Source: Eledone cirrhosa
Taxonomy: Eukaryota
Direction: 5' to 3'
Assembly: GCA_964016885.1 (NCBI GenBank)
Contig: OZ024740.1
Span: 25,606,001-25,670,000 of the forward strand
DNA length: 64,000 bases
Below the pieces are notes generated by a model that saw only the letters and a list, made by a program, of their open reading frames with translations, made no database searches and was not told where the DNA came from. Every line of letters begins with the position of its first letter. Positions within the stretch are counted from its first letter, which is position 1. This document shows positions 25,701 to 39,949 of the stretch, in pieces. The position numbers and the translations under genes are program-made.

Positions 25701-28700
25701 GTTACTTCTCTTGTAGGTGTAGTTACTTCTATTGTAGTTGTAGTTACTTCTCTTTTAGTTGTAGATACTTCTGTTGTAGATACATCTATTGTAGTTGTAG
25801 GTACTTCTATTGTAGTTGTAGTTACTTCTATTGTAGTTGTAGTTACTTTATTGTAGTTGTAGTTACTTGTATTGTAGTTGTAGTTACTTCTATTGTAGTT
25901 GTAGTTACTTCTATTGTAGTTGTAGTTACTTCTATTGTAGTTGTTGTTACTTCTATTGTAGTTGTAGTTATTTCTATTGTAGTTGTAGCTACTTCTATTG
26001 TAGTTGTAGTTACTTCTATTGTAGCTGTAGTTACTTCTATTGTAGTTGTAGTTATTTCTATTGTAGTTGTAGTTACTTCTATTGTAGTTGTAGTTATTTC
26101 TATTGTAGTTGTAGTTACTTTATTGTAGTTGTAGTTACTTCTCTTGTAGTTGTAGTTACTTCTATTGTAGTTGTAGTTACTTCTCTTTTAGTTGTAGATA
26201 CTTCTGTTGTAGATACATCTATTGTAGTTGTAGGTACTTCTATTGTAGTTGTAGTTACTTCTATTGTAGTTGTAGTTACTTCTATTGTAGTTGTAGTTAC
26301 TTCTATTGTAGCTGTAGTTACTTCTATTGTAGTTGTAGTTATTTCTATTGTAGTTGTAGTTACTTTATTGTAGTTGTAGTTACTTCTCTTGTAGTTGTAG
26401 TTACTTCTATTGTAGTTGTAGTTACTTCTCTTTTAGTTGTAGATACTTCTGTTGTAGATACATCTATTGTAGTTGTAGGTACTTCTATTGTAGTTGTAGT
26501 TACTTCTATTGTAGTTGTAGTTACTTTATTGTAGTTGTAGTTACTTGTATTGTAGTTGTAGTTACTTCTATTGTAGTTGTAGTTACTACTATTGTAGTTG
26601 TAGTTACTTCTATTGTAGTTGTAGTTTGTTCTATTGTAGTTGTAGTTACTTCTATCGTAGGTGTAGTTACTTCTATTGTAGTTGTAGTTACTTCTATTGT
26701 AGTTGTAGATACTTCTATTGTAGTTGTAGTTACTTCTCTTTTAGTTGTAGATACTTCTGTTGTAGATACATCTATTGTAGTTGTAGGTACTTCTATTGTA
26801 GTTGTAGTTATTTCTATTGTAGTTGTAGTTACTTCTATTGTAGTTGTAGTTACTTCTATTGTAGTTGTAGATACTTCTATTGTAGTTGTAGTTACTTCTA
26901 TTGTAGTTGTAGTTACTTCTATTGTAGTTGTAGTTACTTCTATTGTAGTTGTAGTTACTTCTATTGTAGTTGTAGTTTGTTCTATTGCAGTTGTAGTTAC
27001 TTCTATCGTAGGTGTAGTTACTTCTATTGTAGTTGTAGTTACTTCTATTGTAGTTGTAGATACTTCTCTTGTAGTTGTAGTTACTTCTATTGTACTTGTA
27101 GATACTTCTATTGTAGTTGTAGATATTTCTGTTGTAGTTACTTCTATTGTAGGTGTAGTTACTTCAATTGTAGTTGTAGTTACTTCTATTGTAGTGGTAG
27201 TTACTTCTCTTGTAGTTGTAGTTACTTCTATTGTACTTGTAGATACTTCTATTGTAGTTGTAGATATTTCTGTTGTAGTTACTTCTATTGTAGGTGTAGT
27301 TACTTCAATTGTAGTTGTAGTTACTTCTATTGTAGTTGTAGTTACTTCTATTGTAGTTGTAGTTACTTTATTGTAGTTGTAGTTACTTCTATTGTAGTTG
27401 AAGTTACTTTATTGTAGTTGTAGTTACTTCTATTGTAGTTGTAGATACTTCTATTGTAGTTGTAGTTACTTCTATTGTAGTTGTAGTTACTTCTATTGTA
27501 GTTGTAGATACTTCTATTGTAGTTGTAGTTACCTCTATTGTAGTTGTAGTTACTTCTATTGTAGTTGTAGTTACTTCTATTGTAGTTGTAGTTACTTCTA
27601 TTGTAGTTGTAGTTACTTTATTGTAGTTGTAGTTACTTCTATTGTAGTTGTAGTTACTTCTATTGTAGTTGTAGTTACTTCTATTGTAGTTGTAGTTACT
27701 TTATTGTAGTTGTAGTTACTTCTATTGTAGTTGTAGATACTTCTATTGTAGTTGTAGGTACTTCTATTGTAGTTGTAGTTACTTCTATTGTAGTTGTAGT
27801 TACTTCTATTGTAGTTGTAGTTACTTCTATTGTAGTTGTAGTTACTTTATTGTAGTTGTAGATACTTCTATTGTAGTTGTAGATACTTCTATTGTAGTTG
27901 TAGTTACTTCTATTGTAGTTGTAGTTACTTCTATTGTAGTTGTAGTTACTTCTATTGTAGTTGTAGTTACTTCTATTGTAGTTGTTGTTACTTCTATTGT
28001 AGTTGTAGTTATTTCTATTGTAGTTGTAGTTACTTCTATTGTAGTTGTAGTTACTTCTATTGTATTTGTAGTTACTTCTATTGTAGTTGTAGTTACTTCT
28101 ATTGTAGTTGTAGTTACTTCTATTGTAGCTGTAGTTACTTCTATTGTAGTTGTAGTTATTTCTATTGTAGTTGTAGTTACTTCTATTGTAGTTGTAGTTA
28201 TTTCTATTGTAGTTGTAGTTACTTTATTGTAGTTGTAGTTACTTCTCTTGTAGTTGTAGTTACTTCTATTGTAGTTGTAGTTACTTCTCTTTTAGTTGTA
28301 GATACTTCTGTTGTAGATACATCTATTGTAGTTGTAGGTACTTCTATTGTAGTTGTAGTTACTTCTATTGTAGTTGTAGTTACTTCTATTGTAGTTGTAG
28401 TTACTTCTATTGTAGCTGTAGTTACTTCTATTGTAGTTGTAGTTATTTCTATTGTAGTTGTAGTTACTTTATTGTAGTTGTAGTTACTTCTCTTGTAGTT
28501 GTAGTTACTTCTATTGTAGTTGTAGTTACTTCTCTTTTAGTTGTAGATACTTCTGTTGTAGATACATCTATTGTAGTTGTAGGTACTTCTATTGTAGTTG
28601 TAGTTACTTCTATTGTAGTTGTAGTTACTTTATTGTAGTTGTAGTTACTTGTATTGTAGTTGTAGTTACTTCTATTGTAGTTGTAGTTACTACTATTGTA

Positions 28701-31700
28701 GTTGTAGTTACTTCTATTGTAGTTGTAGTTTGTTCTATTGTAGTTGTAGTTACTTCTATCGTAGGTGTAGTTACTTCTATTGTAGTTGTAGTTACTTCTA
28801 TTGTAGTTGTAGATACTTCTATTGTAGTTGTAGTTACTTCTATTGTAGTTGTAGATACTTCTATTGTAGTTGTAGATACTTCTATTGTAGATGTAGATAC
28901 TTCTATTATAGTTGTAGTTACTTCTATTGTAGTTGTAGATACTTCTATTGTAGTTGTAGTTATTTCTATTGTAGTTGTAGTTACTTTATTGTAGTTGTAG
29001 TTACTTCTCTTGTAGTTGTAGTTACTTCTATTGTAGTTGTAGTTACTTCTCTTTTAGTTGTAGATACTTCTGTTGTAGATACATCTATTGTAGTTGTAGG
29101 TACTTCTATTGTAGTTGTAGTTACTTCTATTGTAGTTGTAGTTACTTTATTGTAGTTGTAGTTACTTGTATTGTAGTTGTAGTTACTTCTATTGTAGTTG
29201 TAGTTACTACTATTGTAGTTGTAGTTACTTCTATTGTAGTTGTAGTTTGTTCTATTGTAGTTGTAGTTACTTCTATCGTAGGTGTAGTTACTTCTATTGT
29301 AGTTGTAGTTACTTCTATTGTAGTTGTAGATACTTCTATTGTAGTTGTAGTTACTTCTATTGTAGTTGTAGATACTTCTATTGTAGTTGTAGATACTTCT
29401 ATTGTAGATGTAGATACTTCTATTATAGTTGTAGTTACTTCTATTGTAGTTGTAGATACTTCTATTGCAATTGTAGTTACTTCTATTGTAGTTGTAGTTA
29501 CTTCTATTGTAGTTGTAGTTACTTTATTGTAGTTGTAGTTACTTCTCTTGTAGTTGTAGTTACTTCTCTTGTAGTTGTAGTTACTTCTATTGTAGTTGTA
29601 GTTACTTCTATTGTAGTTGTAGTTATTTCTTTTGTAGTTGTAGTTACTTCTATTGTAGTTGTAGTTACTTCTATTGTAGTTGTAGTTACTTCTATTGTAG
29701 TTGTAGTTATTTCTATTGTAGTTGTAGTTACTTCTATTGTAGTTGTAGTTACTTCTATTGTATTTGTAGTTACTTCTATTGTAGTTGTAGTTACTTCTAT
29801 TGTAGTTGTAGTTACTTCTATTGTAGCTGTAGTTACTTCTATTGTAGTTGTAGTTATTTCTATTGTAGTTGTAGTTACTTCTATTGTAGTTGTAGTTATT
29901 TCTATTGTAGTTGTAGTTACTTTATTGTAGTTGTAGTTACTTCTCTTGTAGTTGTAGTTACTTCTATTGTAGTTGTAGTTACTTCTCTTTTAGTTGTAGA
30001 TACTTCTGTTGTAGATACATCTATTGTAGTTGTAGGTACTTCTATTGTAGTTGTAGTTACTTCTATTGTAGTTGTAGTTACTTCTATTGTAGTTGTAGTT
30101 ACTTCTATTGTAGCTGTAGTTACTTCTATTGTAGTTGTAGTTATTTCTATTGTAGTTGTAGTTACTTTATTGTAGTTGTAGTTACTTCTCTTGTAGTTGT
30201 AGTTACTTCTATTGTAGTTGTAGTTACTTCTCTTTTAGTTGTAGATACTTCTGTTGTAGATACATCTATTGTAGTTGTAGGTACTTCTATTGTAGTTGTA
30301 GTTACTTCTATTGTAGTTGTAGTTACTTTATTGTAGTTGTAGTTACTTGTATTGTAGTTGTAGTTACTTCTATTGTAGTTGTAGTTACTACTATTGTAGT
30401 TGTAGTTACTTCTATTGTAGTTGTAGTTTGTTCTATTGTAGTTGTAGTTACTTCTATCGTAGGTGTAGTTACTTCTATTGTAGTTGTAGTTACTTCTATT
30501 GTAGTTGTAGATACTTCTATTGTAGTTGTAGTTACTTCTATTGTAGTTGTAGATACTTCTATTGTAGTTGTAGATACTTCTATTGTAGATGTAGATACTT
30601 CTATTATAGTTGTAGTTACTTCTATTGTAGTTGTAGATACTTCTATTGCAATTGTAGTTACTTCTATTGTAGTTGTAGTTACTTCTATTGTAGTTGTAGT
30701 TACTTTATTGTAGTTGTAGTTACTTCTCTTGTAGTTGTAGTTACTTCTCTTGTAGTTGTAGTTACTTCTATTGTAGTTGTAGTTACTTCTATTGTAGTTG
30801 TAGTTATTTCTATTGTAGTTGTAGTTACTTCTATTGTAGTTGTAGTTACTTCTATTGTAGTTGTAGTTACTTCTATTGTAGTTGTAGTTATTTCTATTGT
30901 AGTTGTAGTTACTTCTATTGTAGTTGTAGTTACTTCTATTGTATTTGTAGTTACTTCTATTGTAGTTGTAGTTACTTCTATTGTAGTTGTAGTTACTTCT
31001 ATTGTAGCTGTAGTTACTTCTATTGTAGTTGTAGTTATTTCTATTGTAGTTGTAGTTACTTCTATTGTAGTTGTAGTTATTTCTATTGTAGTTGTAGTTA
31101 CTTTATTGTAGTTGTAGTTACTTCTCTTGTAGTTGTAGTTACTTCTATTGTAGTTGTAGTTACTTCTCTTTTAGTTGTAGATACTTCTGTTGTAGATACA
31201 TCTATTGTAGTTGTAGGTACTTCTATTGTAGTTGTAGTTACTTCTATTGTAGTTGTAGTTACTTCTATTGTAGTTGTAGTTACTTCTATTGTAGCTGTAG
31301 TTACTTCTATTGTAGTTGTAGTTATTTCTATTGTAGTTGTAGTTACTTTATTGTAGTTGTAGTTACTTCTCTTGTAGTTGTAGTTACTTCTATTGTAGTT
31401 GTAGTTACTTCTCTTTTAGTTGTAGATACTTCTGTTGTAGATACATCTATTGTAGTTGTAGGTACTTCTATTGTAGTTGTAGTTACTTCTATTGTAGTTG
31501 TAGTTACTTTATTGTAGTTGTAGTTACTTGTATTGTAGTTGTAGTTACTTCTATTGTAGTTGTAGTTACTACTATTGTAGTTGTAGTTACTTCTATTGTA
31601 GTTGTAGTTTGTTCTATTGTAGTTGTAGTTACTTCTATCGTAGGTGTAGTTACTTCTATTGTAGTTGTAGTTACTTCTATTGTAGTTGTAGATACTTCTA

Positions 31701-33919
31701 TTGTAGTTGTAGTTACTTCTATTGTAGTTGTAGATACTTCTATTGTAGTTGTAGATACTTCTATTGTAGATGTAGATACTTCTATTATAGTTGTAGTTAC
31801 TTCTATTGTAGTTGTAGATACTTCTATTGCAATTGTAGTTACTTCTATTGTAGTTGTAGTTACTTCTATTGTAGTTGTAGTTACTTTATTGTAGTTGTAG
31901 TTACTTCTCTTGTAGTTGTAGTTACTTCTCTTGTAGTTGTAGTTACTTCTATTGTAGTTGTAGTTACTTCTATTGTAGTTGTAGTTATTTCTATTGTAGT
32001 TGTAGTTACTTCTATTGTAGTTGTAGTTACTTCTATTGTAGTTGTAGTTACTTCTATTGTAGTTGTAGTTATTTCTATTGTAGTTGTAGTTACTTCTATT
32101 GAATTTGTAGTTACTTCTATTGTAGTTGTAGTTACTTCTCTTGTAGTTGTAGTTACTTCTATTGTAGTTGTAGTTACTTCTCTTTTAGTTGTAGATACTT
32201 CTGTTGTAGATACATCTATTGTAGTTGTAGGTACTTCTATTGTAGTTGTAGTTACTTCTATTGTAGTTGTAGTTACTTCTATTGTAGTTGTAGTTACTTC
32301 TATTGTAGCTGTAGTTACCTCTATTGTAGTTGTAGTTATTTCTATTGTAGTTGTAGTTACTTTATTGTAGTTGTAGTTACTTCTCTTGTAGTTGTAGTTA
32401 CTTCTATTGTAGTTGTAGTTACTTCTCTTTTAGTTGTAGATACTTCTGTTGTAGATACATCTATTGTAGTTGTAGGTACTTCTATTGTAGTTGTAGTTAT
32501 TTCTGTTGTAGTTGTAGTTACTTCTATTGTAGTTGTAGTTATTTCTATTGTAGTTGTAGTTACTTCTATTGTAGTTGTAGTTACTTCTATTGAATTTGTA
32601 GTTACTTCTATTGTAGTTGTAGTTACTTCTCTTGTAGTTGTAGTTACTTCTATTGTAGTTGTAGTTACTTCTATTGTAGTTGTAGTTACTTCTATTGTAG
32701 CTGTAGTTACTTCTATTGTAGTTGTAGTTATTTCTATTGTAGTTGTAGTTACTTTATTGTAGTTGTAGTTACTTCTCTTGTAGGTGTAGTTACTTCTATT
32801 GTAGTTGTAGTTACTTCTCTTTTAGTTGTAGATACTTCTGTTGTAGATACATCTATTGTAGTTGTAGGTACTTCTATTGTAGTTGTAGTTACTTCTATTG
32901 TAGTTGTAGTTACTTTATTGTAGTTGTAGTTACTTGTATTGTAGTTGTAGTTACTTCTATTGTAGTTGTAGTTACTTCTATTGTAGTTGTAGTTACTTCT
33001 ATTGTAGTTGTTGTTACTTCTATTGTAGTTGTAGTTATTTCTATTGTAGTTGTAGCTACTTCTATTGTAGTTGTAGTTACTTCTATTGTAGCTGTAGTTA
33101 CTTCTATTGTAGTTGTAGTTATTTCTATTGTAGTTGTAGTTACTTCTATTGTAGTTGTAGTTATTTCTATTGTAGTTGTAGTTACTTTATTGTAGTTGTA
33201 GTTACTTCTCTTGTAGTTGTAGTTACTTCTATTGTAGTTGTAGTTACTTCTCTTTTAGTTGTAGATACTTCTGTTGTAGATACATCTATTGTAGTTGTAG
33301 GTACTTCTATTGTAGTTGTAGTTACTTCTATTGTAGTTGTAGTTACTTCTATTGTAGTTGTAGTTACTTCTATTGTAGCTGTAGTTACTTCTATTGTAGT
33401 TGTAGTTATTTCTATTGTAGTTGTAGTTACTTTATTGTAGTTGTAGTTACTTCTCTTGTAGTTGTAGTTACTTCTATTGTAGTTGTAGTTACTTCTCTTT
33501 TAGTTGTAGATACTTCTGTTGTAGATACATCTATTGTAGTTGTAGGTACTTCTATTGTAGTTGTAGTTACTTCTATTGTAGTTGTAGTTACTTTATTGTA
33601 GTTGTAGTTACTTGTATTGTAGTTGTAGTTACTTCTATTGTAGTTGTAGTTACTACTATTGTAGTTGTAGTTACTTCTATTGTAGTTGTAGTTTGTTCTA
33701 TTGTAGTTGTAGTTACTTCTATCGTAGGTGTAGTTACTTCTATTGTAGTTGTAGTTACTTCTATTGTAGTTGTAGATACTTCTATTGTAGTTGTAGTTAC
33801 TTCTCTTTTAGTTGTAGATACTTCTGTTGTAGATACATCTATTGTAGTTGTAGGTACTTCTATTGTAGTTGTAGTTATTTCTATTGTAGTTGTAGTTACT
33901 TCTATTGTAGTTGTAGTTA
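19724..33919. repeat. Tandem duplication of a ~7.09-kb block (19724-26811 / 26812-33919); copy 2 lacks one monomer
   Basis: ORF offsets are 7088 (20106/27194, 20310/27398, 21561/28649, 22078/29166, 23259/30347, 24440/31528), then 7067 (25867/32934, 26545/33612). The 287-aa vs 280-aa ORF pair shows the 21-bp indel. Confidence 0.95.
21862..25034. repeat. Nested 1,181-bp unit, about 2.7 copies (also present at +7088)
   Basis: ORFs at 22078, 23259, 24440 and at 29166, 30347, 31528 are each spaced 1181 bp. Confidence 0.9.
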
Positions 33920-36900
33920 TTTCTATTGTAGTTGTAGTTACTTCTATTGTAGTTGTAGTTACTTCTATTGAATTTGTAGTTACTTCTATTGTAGTTGTAG
34001 TTACTTCTCTTGTAGTTGTAGTTACTTCTATTGTAGTTGTAGTTACTTCTCTTTTAGTTGTAGATATTTCTGTTGTAGATACATCTATTGTAGTTGTAGG
34101 TACTTCTATTGTAGTTGTAGTTACTTCTATTGTAGTTGTAGTTACTTCTATTGTAGTTGTAGTTACTTCTATTGTAGCTGTAGTTACTTCTATTGTAGTT
34201 GTAGTTATTTCTATTGTAGTTGTAGTTACTTTATTGTAGTTGTAGTTACTTCTCTTGTAGGTGTAGTTACTTCTATTGTAGTTGTAGTTACTTCTCTTTT
34301 AGTTGTAGATACTTCTGTTGTAGATACATCTATTGTAGTTGTAGGTACTTCTATTGTAGTTGTAGTTACTTCTATTGTAGTTGTAGTTACTTTATTGTAG
34401 TTGTAGTTACTTGTATTGTAGTTGTAGTTACTTCTATTGTAGTTGTAGTTACTTCTATTGTAGTTGTAGTTACTTCTATTGTAGTTGTTGTTACTTCTAT
34501 TGTAGTTGTAGTTATTTCTATTGTAGTTGTAGTTACTTCTATTGTAGTTGTAGTTACTTCTATTGCATTTGTAGTTACTTCTATTGTAGTTGTAGTTACT
34601 TCTATTGTAGTTGTAGTTACTTCTATTGTAGCTGTAGTTACTTCTATTGTAGTTGTAGTTATTTCTATTGTAGTTGTAGTTACTTCTATTGTAGTTGTAG
34701 TTATTTCTATTGTAGTTGTAGTTACTTTATTGTAGTTGTAGTTACTTCTCTTGTAGTTGTAGTTACTTCTATTGTAGTTGTAGTTACTTCTCTTTTAGTT
34801 GTAGATACTTCTGTTGTAGATACATCTATTGTAGTTGTAGGTACTTCTATTGTAGTTGTAGTTACTTCTATTGTAGTTGTAGTTACTTCTATTGTAGTTG
34901 TAGTTACTTCTATTGTAGCTGTAGTTACTTCTATTGTAGTTGTAGTTATTTCTATTGTAGTTGTAGTTACTTTATTGTAGTTGTAGTTACTTCTCTTGTA
35001 GTTGTAGTTACTTCTATTGTAGTTGTAGTTACTTCTCTTTTAGTTGTAGATACTTCTGTTGTAGATACATCTATTGTAGTTGTAGGTACTTCTATTGTAG
35101 TTGTAGTTACTTCTATTGTAGTTGTAGTTACTTTATTGTAGTTGTAGTTACTTGTATTGTAGTTGTAGTTACTTCTATTGTAGTTGTAGTTACTACTATT
35201 GTAGTTGTAGTTTGTTCTATTGTAGTTGTAGTTACTTCTATCGTAGGTGTAGTTACTTCTATTGTAGTTGTAGTTACTTCTATTGTAGTTGTAGATACTT
35301 CTATTGTAGTTGTAGTTACTTCTATTGTAGTTGTAGATACTTCTATTGTAGTTGTAGATACTTCTATTGTAGATGTAGATACTTCTATTATAGTTGTAGT
35401 TACTTCTATTGTAGTTGTAGATACTTCTATTGCAATTGTAGTTACTTCTATTGTAGTTGTAGTTACTTCTATTGTAGTTGTAGTTACTTTATTGTAGTTG
35501 TAGTTACTTCTCTTGTAGTTGTAGTTACTTCTCTTGTAGTTGTAGTTACTTCTATTGTAGTTGTAGTTACTTCTATTGTAGTTGTAGTTATTTCTATTGT
35601 AGTTGTAGTTACTTCTATTGTAGTTGTAGTTACTTCTATTGTAGTTGTAGTTACTTCTATTGTAGTTGTAGTTATTTCTATTGTAGTTGTAGTTACTTCT
35701 ATTGTAGTTGTAGTTACTTCTATTGAATTTGTAGTTACTTCTATTGTAGTTGTAGTTACTTCTCTTGTAGTTGTAGTTACTTCTATTGTAGTTGTAGTTA
35801 CTTCTCTTTTAGTTGTAGATACTTCTGTTGTAGATACATCTATTGTAGTTGTAGGTACTTCTATTGTAGTTGTAGTTACTTCTATTGTAGTTGTAGTTAC
35901 TTCTATTGTAGTTGTAGTTACTTCTATTGTAGCTGTAGTTACTTCTATTGTAGTTGTAGTTATTTCTATTGTAGTTGTAGTTACTTTATTGTAGTTGTAG
36001 TTACTTCTCTTGTAGTTGTAGTTACTTCTATTGTAGTTGTAGTTACTTCTCTTTTAGTTGTAGATACTTCTGTTGTAGATACATCTATTGTAGTTGTAGG
36101 TACTTCTATTGTAGTTGTAGTTATTTCTATTGTAGTTGTAGTTACTTCTATTGTAGTTGTAGTTATTTCTATTGTAGTTGTAGTTACTTCTATTGTAGTT
36201 GTAGTTACTTCTATTGAATTTGTAGTTACTTCTATTGTAGTTGTAGTTACTTCTCTTGTAGTTGTAGTTACTTCTATTGTAGTTGTAGTTACTTCTCTTT
36301 TAGTTGTAGATATTTCTGTTGTAGATACATCTATTGTAGTTGTAGGTACTTCTATTGTAGTTGTAGTTACTTCTATTGTAGTTGTAGTTACTTCTATTGT
36401 AGTTGTAGTTACTTCTATTGTAGCTGTAGTTACTTCTATTGTAGTTGTAGTTATTTCTATTGTAGTTGTAGTTACTTTATTGTAGTTGTAGTTACTTCTC
36501 TTGTAGGTGTAGTTACTTCTATTGTAGTTGTAGTTACTTCTCTTTTAGTTGTAGATACTTCTGTTGTAGATACATCTATTGTAGTTGTAGGTACTTCTAT
36601 TGTAGTTGTAGTTACTTCTATTGTAGTTGTAGTTACTTTATTGTAGTTGTAGTTACTTGTATTGTAGTTGTAGTTACTTCTATTGTAGTTGTAGTTACTA
36701 CTATTGTAGTTGTAGTTACTTCTATTGTAGTTGTAGTTTGTTCTATTGTAGTTGTAGTTACTTCTATCGTAGGTGTAGTTACTTCTATTGTAGTTGTAGT
36801 TACTTCTATTGTAGTTGTAGATACTTCTATTGTAGTTGTAGATACTTCTATTGTAGATGTAGATACTTCTATTATAGTTGTAGTTACTTCTATTGTAGTT

Positions 36901-39900
36901 GTAGATACTTCTATTGCAATTGTAGTTACTTCTATTGTAGTTGTAGTTACTTCTATTGTAGTTGTAGTTACTTCTATTGTAGTTGTAATTACTTCTATTG
37001 TAGTTGTAGTTACTTCTATTGTAGTTGTAGATACTCCTATTGTAGTTGTAGTTATTTCTATTGTAGTTGTAGATACTCCTATTGTAGTTGTAGATACTTC
37101 TATTGTAGATGTAGATACTTCTATTGTAGTTGTAGAAGCTTCTATTGTAGATGTTGTTACTCCTATTGTAGTTGTAGTTACTTCTATTGTAGTTGTAGTT
37201 ACTTCTATTGTAGTTGTAGTTACTTCTATTGTATTTGTAGTTACTTCTATTGTAGTTGTAGTTACTTCTATTGTAGTTGTAGTTACTTCTATTGTAGCTG
37301 TAGTTACTTCTATTGTAGTTGTAGTTATTTCTATTGTAGTTGTAGTTACTTCTATTGTAGTTGTAGTTATTTCTATTGTAGTTGTAGTTACTTTATTGTA
37401 GTTGTAGTTACTTCTCTTGTAGTTGTAGTTACTTCTATTGTAGTTGTAGTTACTTCTCTTTTAGTTGTAGATACTTCTGTTGTAGATACATCTATTGTAG
37501 TTGTAGGTACTTCTATTGTAGTTATAGTTACTTCTATTGTAGTTGTAGTTACTTCTATTGTAGTTGTAGTTACTTCTATTGTAGCTGTAGTTACTTCTAT
37601 TGTAGTTGTAGTTATTTCTATTGTAGTTGTAGTTACTTTATTGTAGTTGTAGTTACTTCTCTTGTAGTTGTAGTTACTTCTATTGTAGTTGTAGTTACTT
37701 CTCTTTTAGTTGTAGATACTTCTGTTGTAGATACATCTATTGTAGTTGTAGGTACTTCTATTGTAGTTGTAGTTACTTCAATTGTAGTTGTAGTTACTTT
37801 ATTGTAGTTGTAGTTACTTCTATTGTAGTTGTAGTTACTTCTATTGTAGTTGTAGATACTTCTATTGTAGTTGTAGTTACTTCTATTGTAGTTGTAGATA
37901 CTTCTATTGTAGTTGTAGATACTTCTATTGTAGATGTAGATACTTCTATTATAGTTGTAGTTACTTCTATTGTAGTTGTAGATACTTCTATTGCAATTGT
38001 AGTTACTTCTATTGTAGTTGTAGTTACTTCTATTGTAGTTGTAGTTATTTCTATTGTAGTTGTAGTTAATTCTATTGTAGTTGTAGTTATTTCTATTGTA
38101 GTTGTAGATACTCCTATTGTAGTTGTAGATACTTCTATTGTAGATGTAGATACTTCTATTGTAGTTGTAGAAGCTTCTATTGTAGATGTTGTTACTTCTA
38201 TTGTAGTTGTAGTTATTTCTATTGTAGTTGTAGTTACTTCTATTGTAGTTGTAGTTACTTCTATTGTAGTTGTAGTTACTTCTATTGTAGTTGTAGATAC
38301 TCCCATTGTAGTTGTAGTTACTTCAATTGTAGTTGTAGATACTTCTATTGTAGTTGTAGTTATTTCTATTGTAGTTGTAGTTACTTCTCTTGTAGTTGTA
38401 GATACTTCTATTGTAGTTGTAGTTATTTCTATTGTAGTTGTAGTTACTTCTATTGTAGTTGTAGTTACTTCTATTGTAGTTGTAGTTACTTCTATTGTAG
38501 TTGTAGTTATTTCTATTGTAGTTGTAGTTACTTCTATTGTAGTTGTAGTTACTTCTATTGTAGTTGTAGTTACTTCTATTGTAGATGTAGTTACTTCTAT
38601 TGTAGTTGTAGTTACTTCTATTGTAGTTGTAGTTATTTCTATTGTAGTTGTAGTTACTTCTATTGTAGTTGTAGTTACTTCTATTGTAGTTGTAGTTACT
38701 TCTATTGTAGTTGTAGTTACTTCTATTGTAGTTGTAGTTATTTCTATTGTAGTTGTAGTTACTCCTATTGTAGTTGTAGTTACTTATATTGTAGTTGTAG
38801 TTACTCTATTGTAGTTGTAGTTACTTCTATTGTAGTTGGAATTACTTTATTGTAGTTGTAGTTACTTCTATTGTAGTTGTAGATACTTCTATTGTAGTTG
38901 TAGTTACTTCTATTGTAGTTGTAGTTACTTCTATTGTAGTTGTAGATACTTCTATTGTAGTTGTAGTTACTTCTATTGTAGTTGTAGTTACTTCTATTGT
39001 AGTTGTAGTTACTTCTATTGTAGTTGTAGTTACTTCTATTGTAGTTGTAGTTACTTTATTGTAGTTGTAGTTACTTCTATTGTAGTTGTAGTTACTTCTA
39101 TTGTAGTTGTAGATACTTCTATTGTAGTTGTAGTTACTTTATTGTAGTTGTAGTTACTTCTATTGTAGTTGAAGTTACTTTATTGTAGTTGTAGTTACTT
39201 CTATTGTAGTTGTAGATACTTCTATTGTAGTTGTAGTTACTTCTATTGTAGTTGTAGTTACTTCTATTGTAGTTGTAGATACTTCTATTGTAGTTGTAGT
39301 TACTTCTATTGTAGTTGTAGTTACTTCTATTGTAGTTGTAGTTACTTCTATTGTAGTTGTAGTTACTTCTATTGTAGTTGTAGTTACTTTATTGTAGTTG
39401 TAGTTACTTCTATTGTAGTTGTAGTTACTTCTATTGTAGTTGTAGATACTTCTATTGTAGTTGTAGTTACTTTATTGTAGTTGTAGTTACTTCTATTGTA
39501 GTTGTAGATACTTCTATTTTAGTTGTAGTTACTTCTATTGTAGTTGTAGTTACTTCTATTGTAGTTGTAGTTACTTCTATTGTAGTTGTAGTTTGTTCTA
39601 TTGTAGTTGTAGTTACTTCTATTGTAGTTGTAGTTACTTCTATTGTAGTTGTAGTTTGTTCTATTGTAGTTGTAGTTACTTCTATCGTAGGTGTAGTTAC
39701 TTCTATTGTAGTTGTAGTTACTTCTATTGTAGTTGTAGATACTTCTATTGTAGTTGTAGATACTTCTATTGTAGTTGTAGATACTTCTATTGTAGTTGTA
39801 GTTACTTTATTGTAGTTGTAGTTACTTCTATTGTAGTTGAAGTTACTTTATTGTAGTTGTAGTTACTTCTATTGTAGTTGTAGATACTTCTATTGTAGTT

Positions 39901-39949
39901 GTAGTTACTTCTATTGTAGTTGTAGTTACTTCTATTGTAGTTGTAGATA

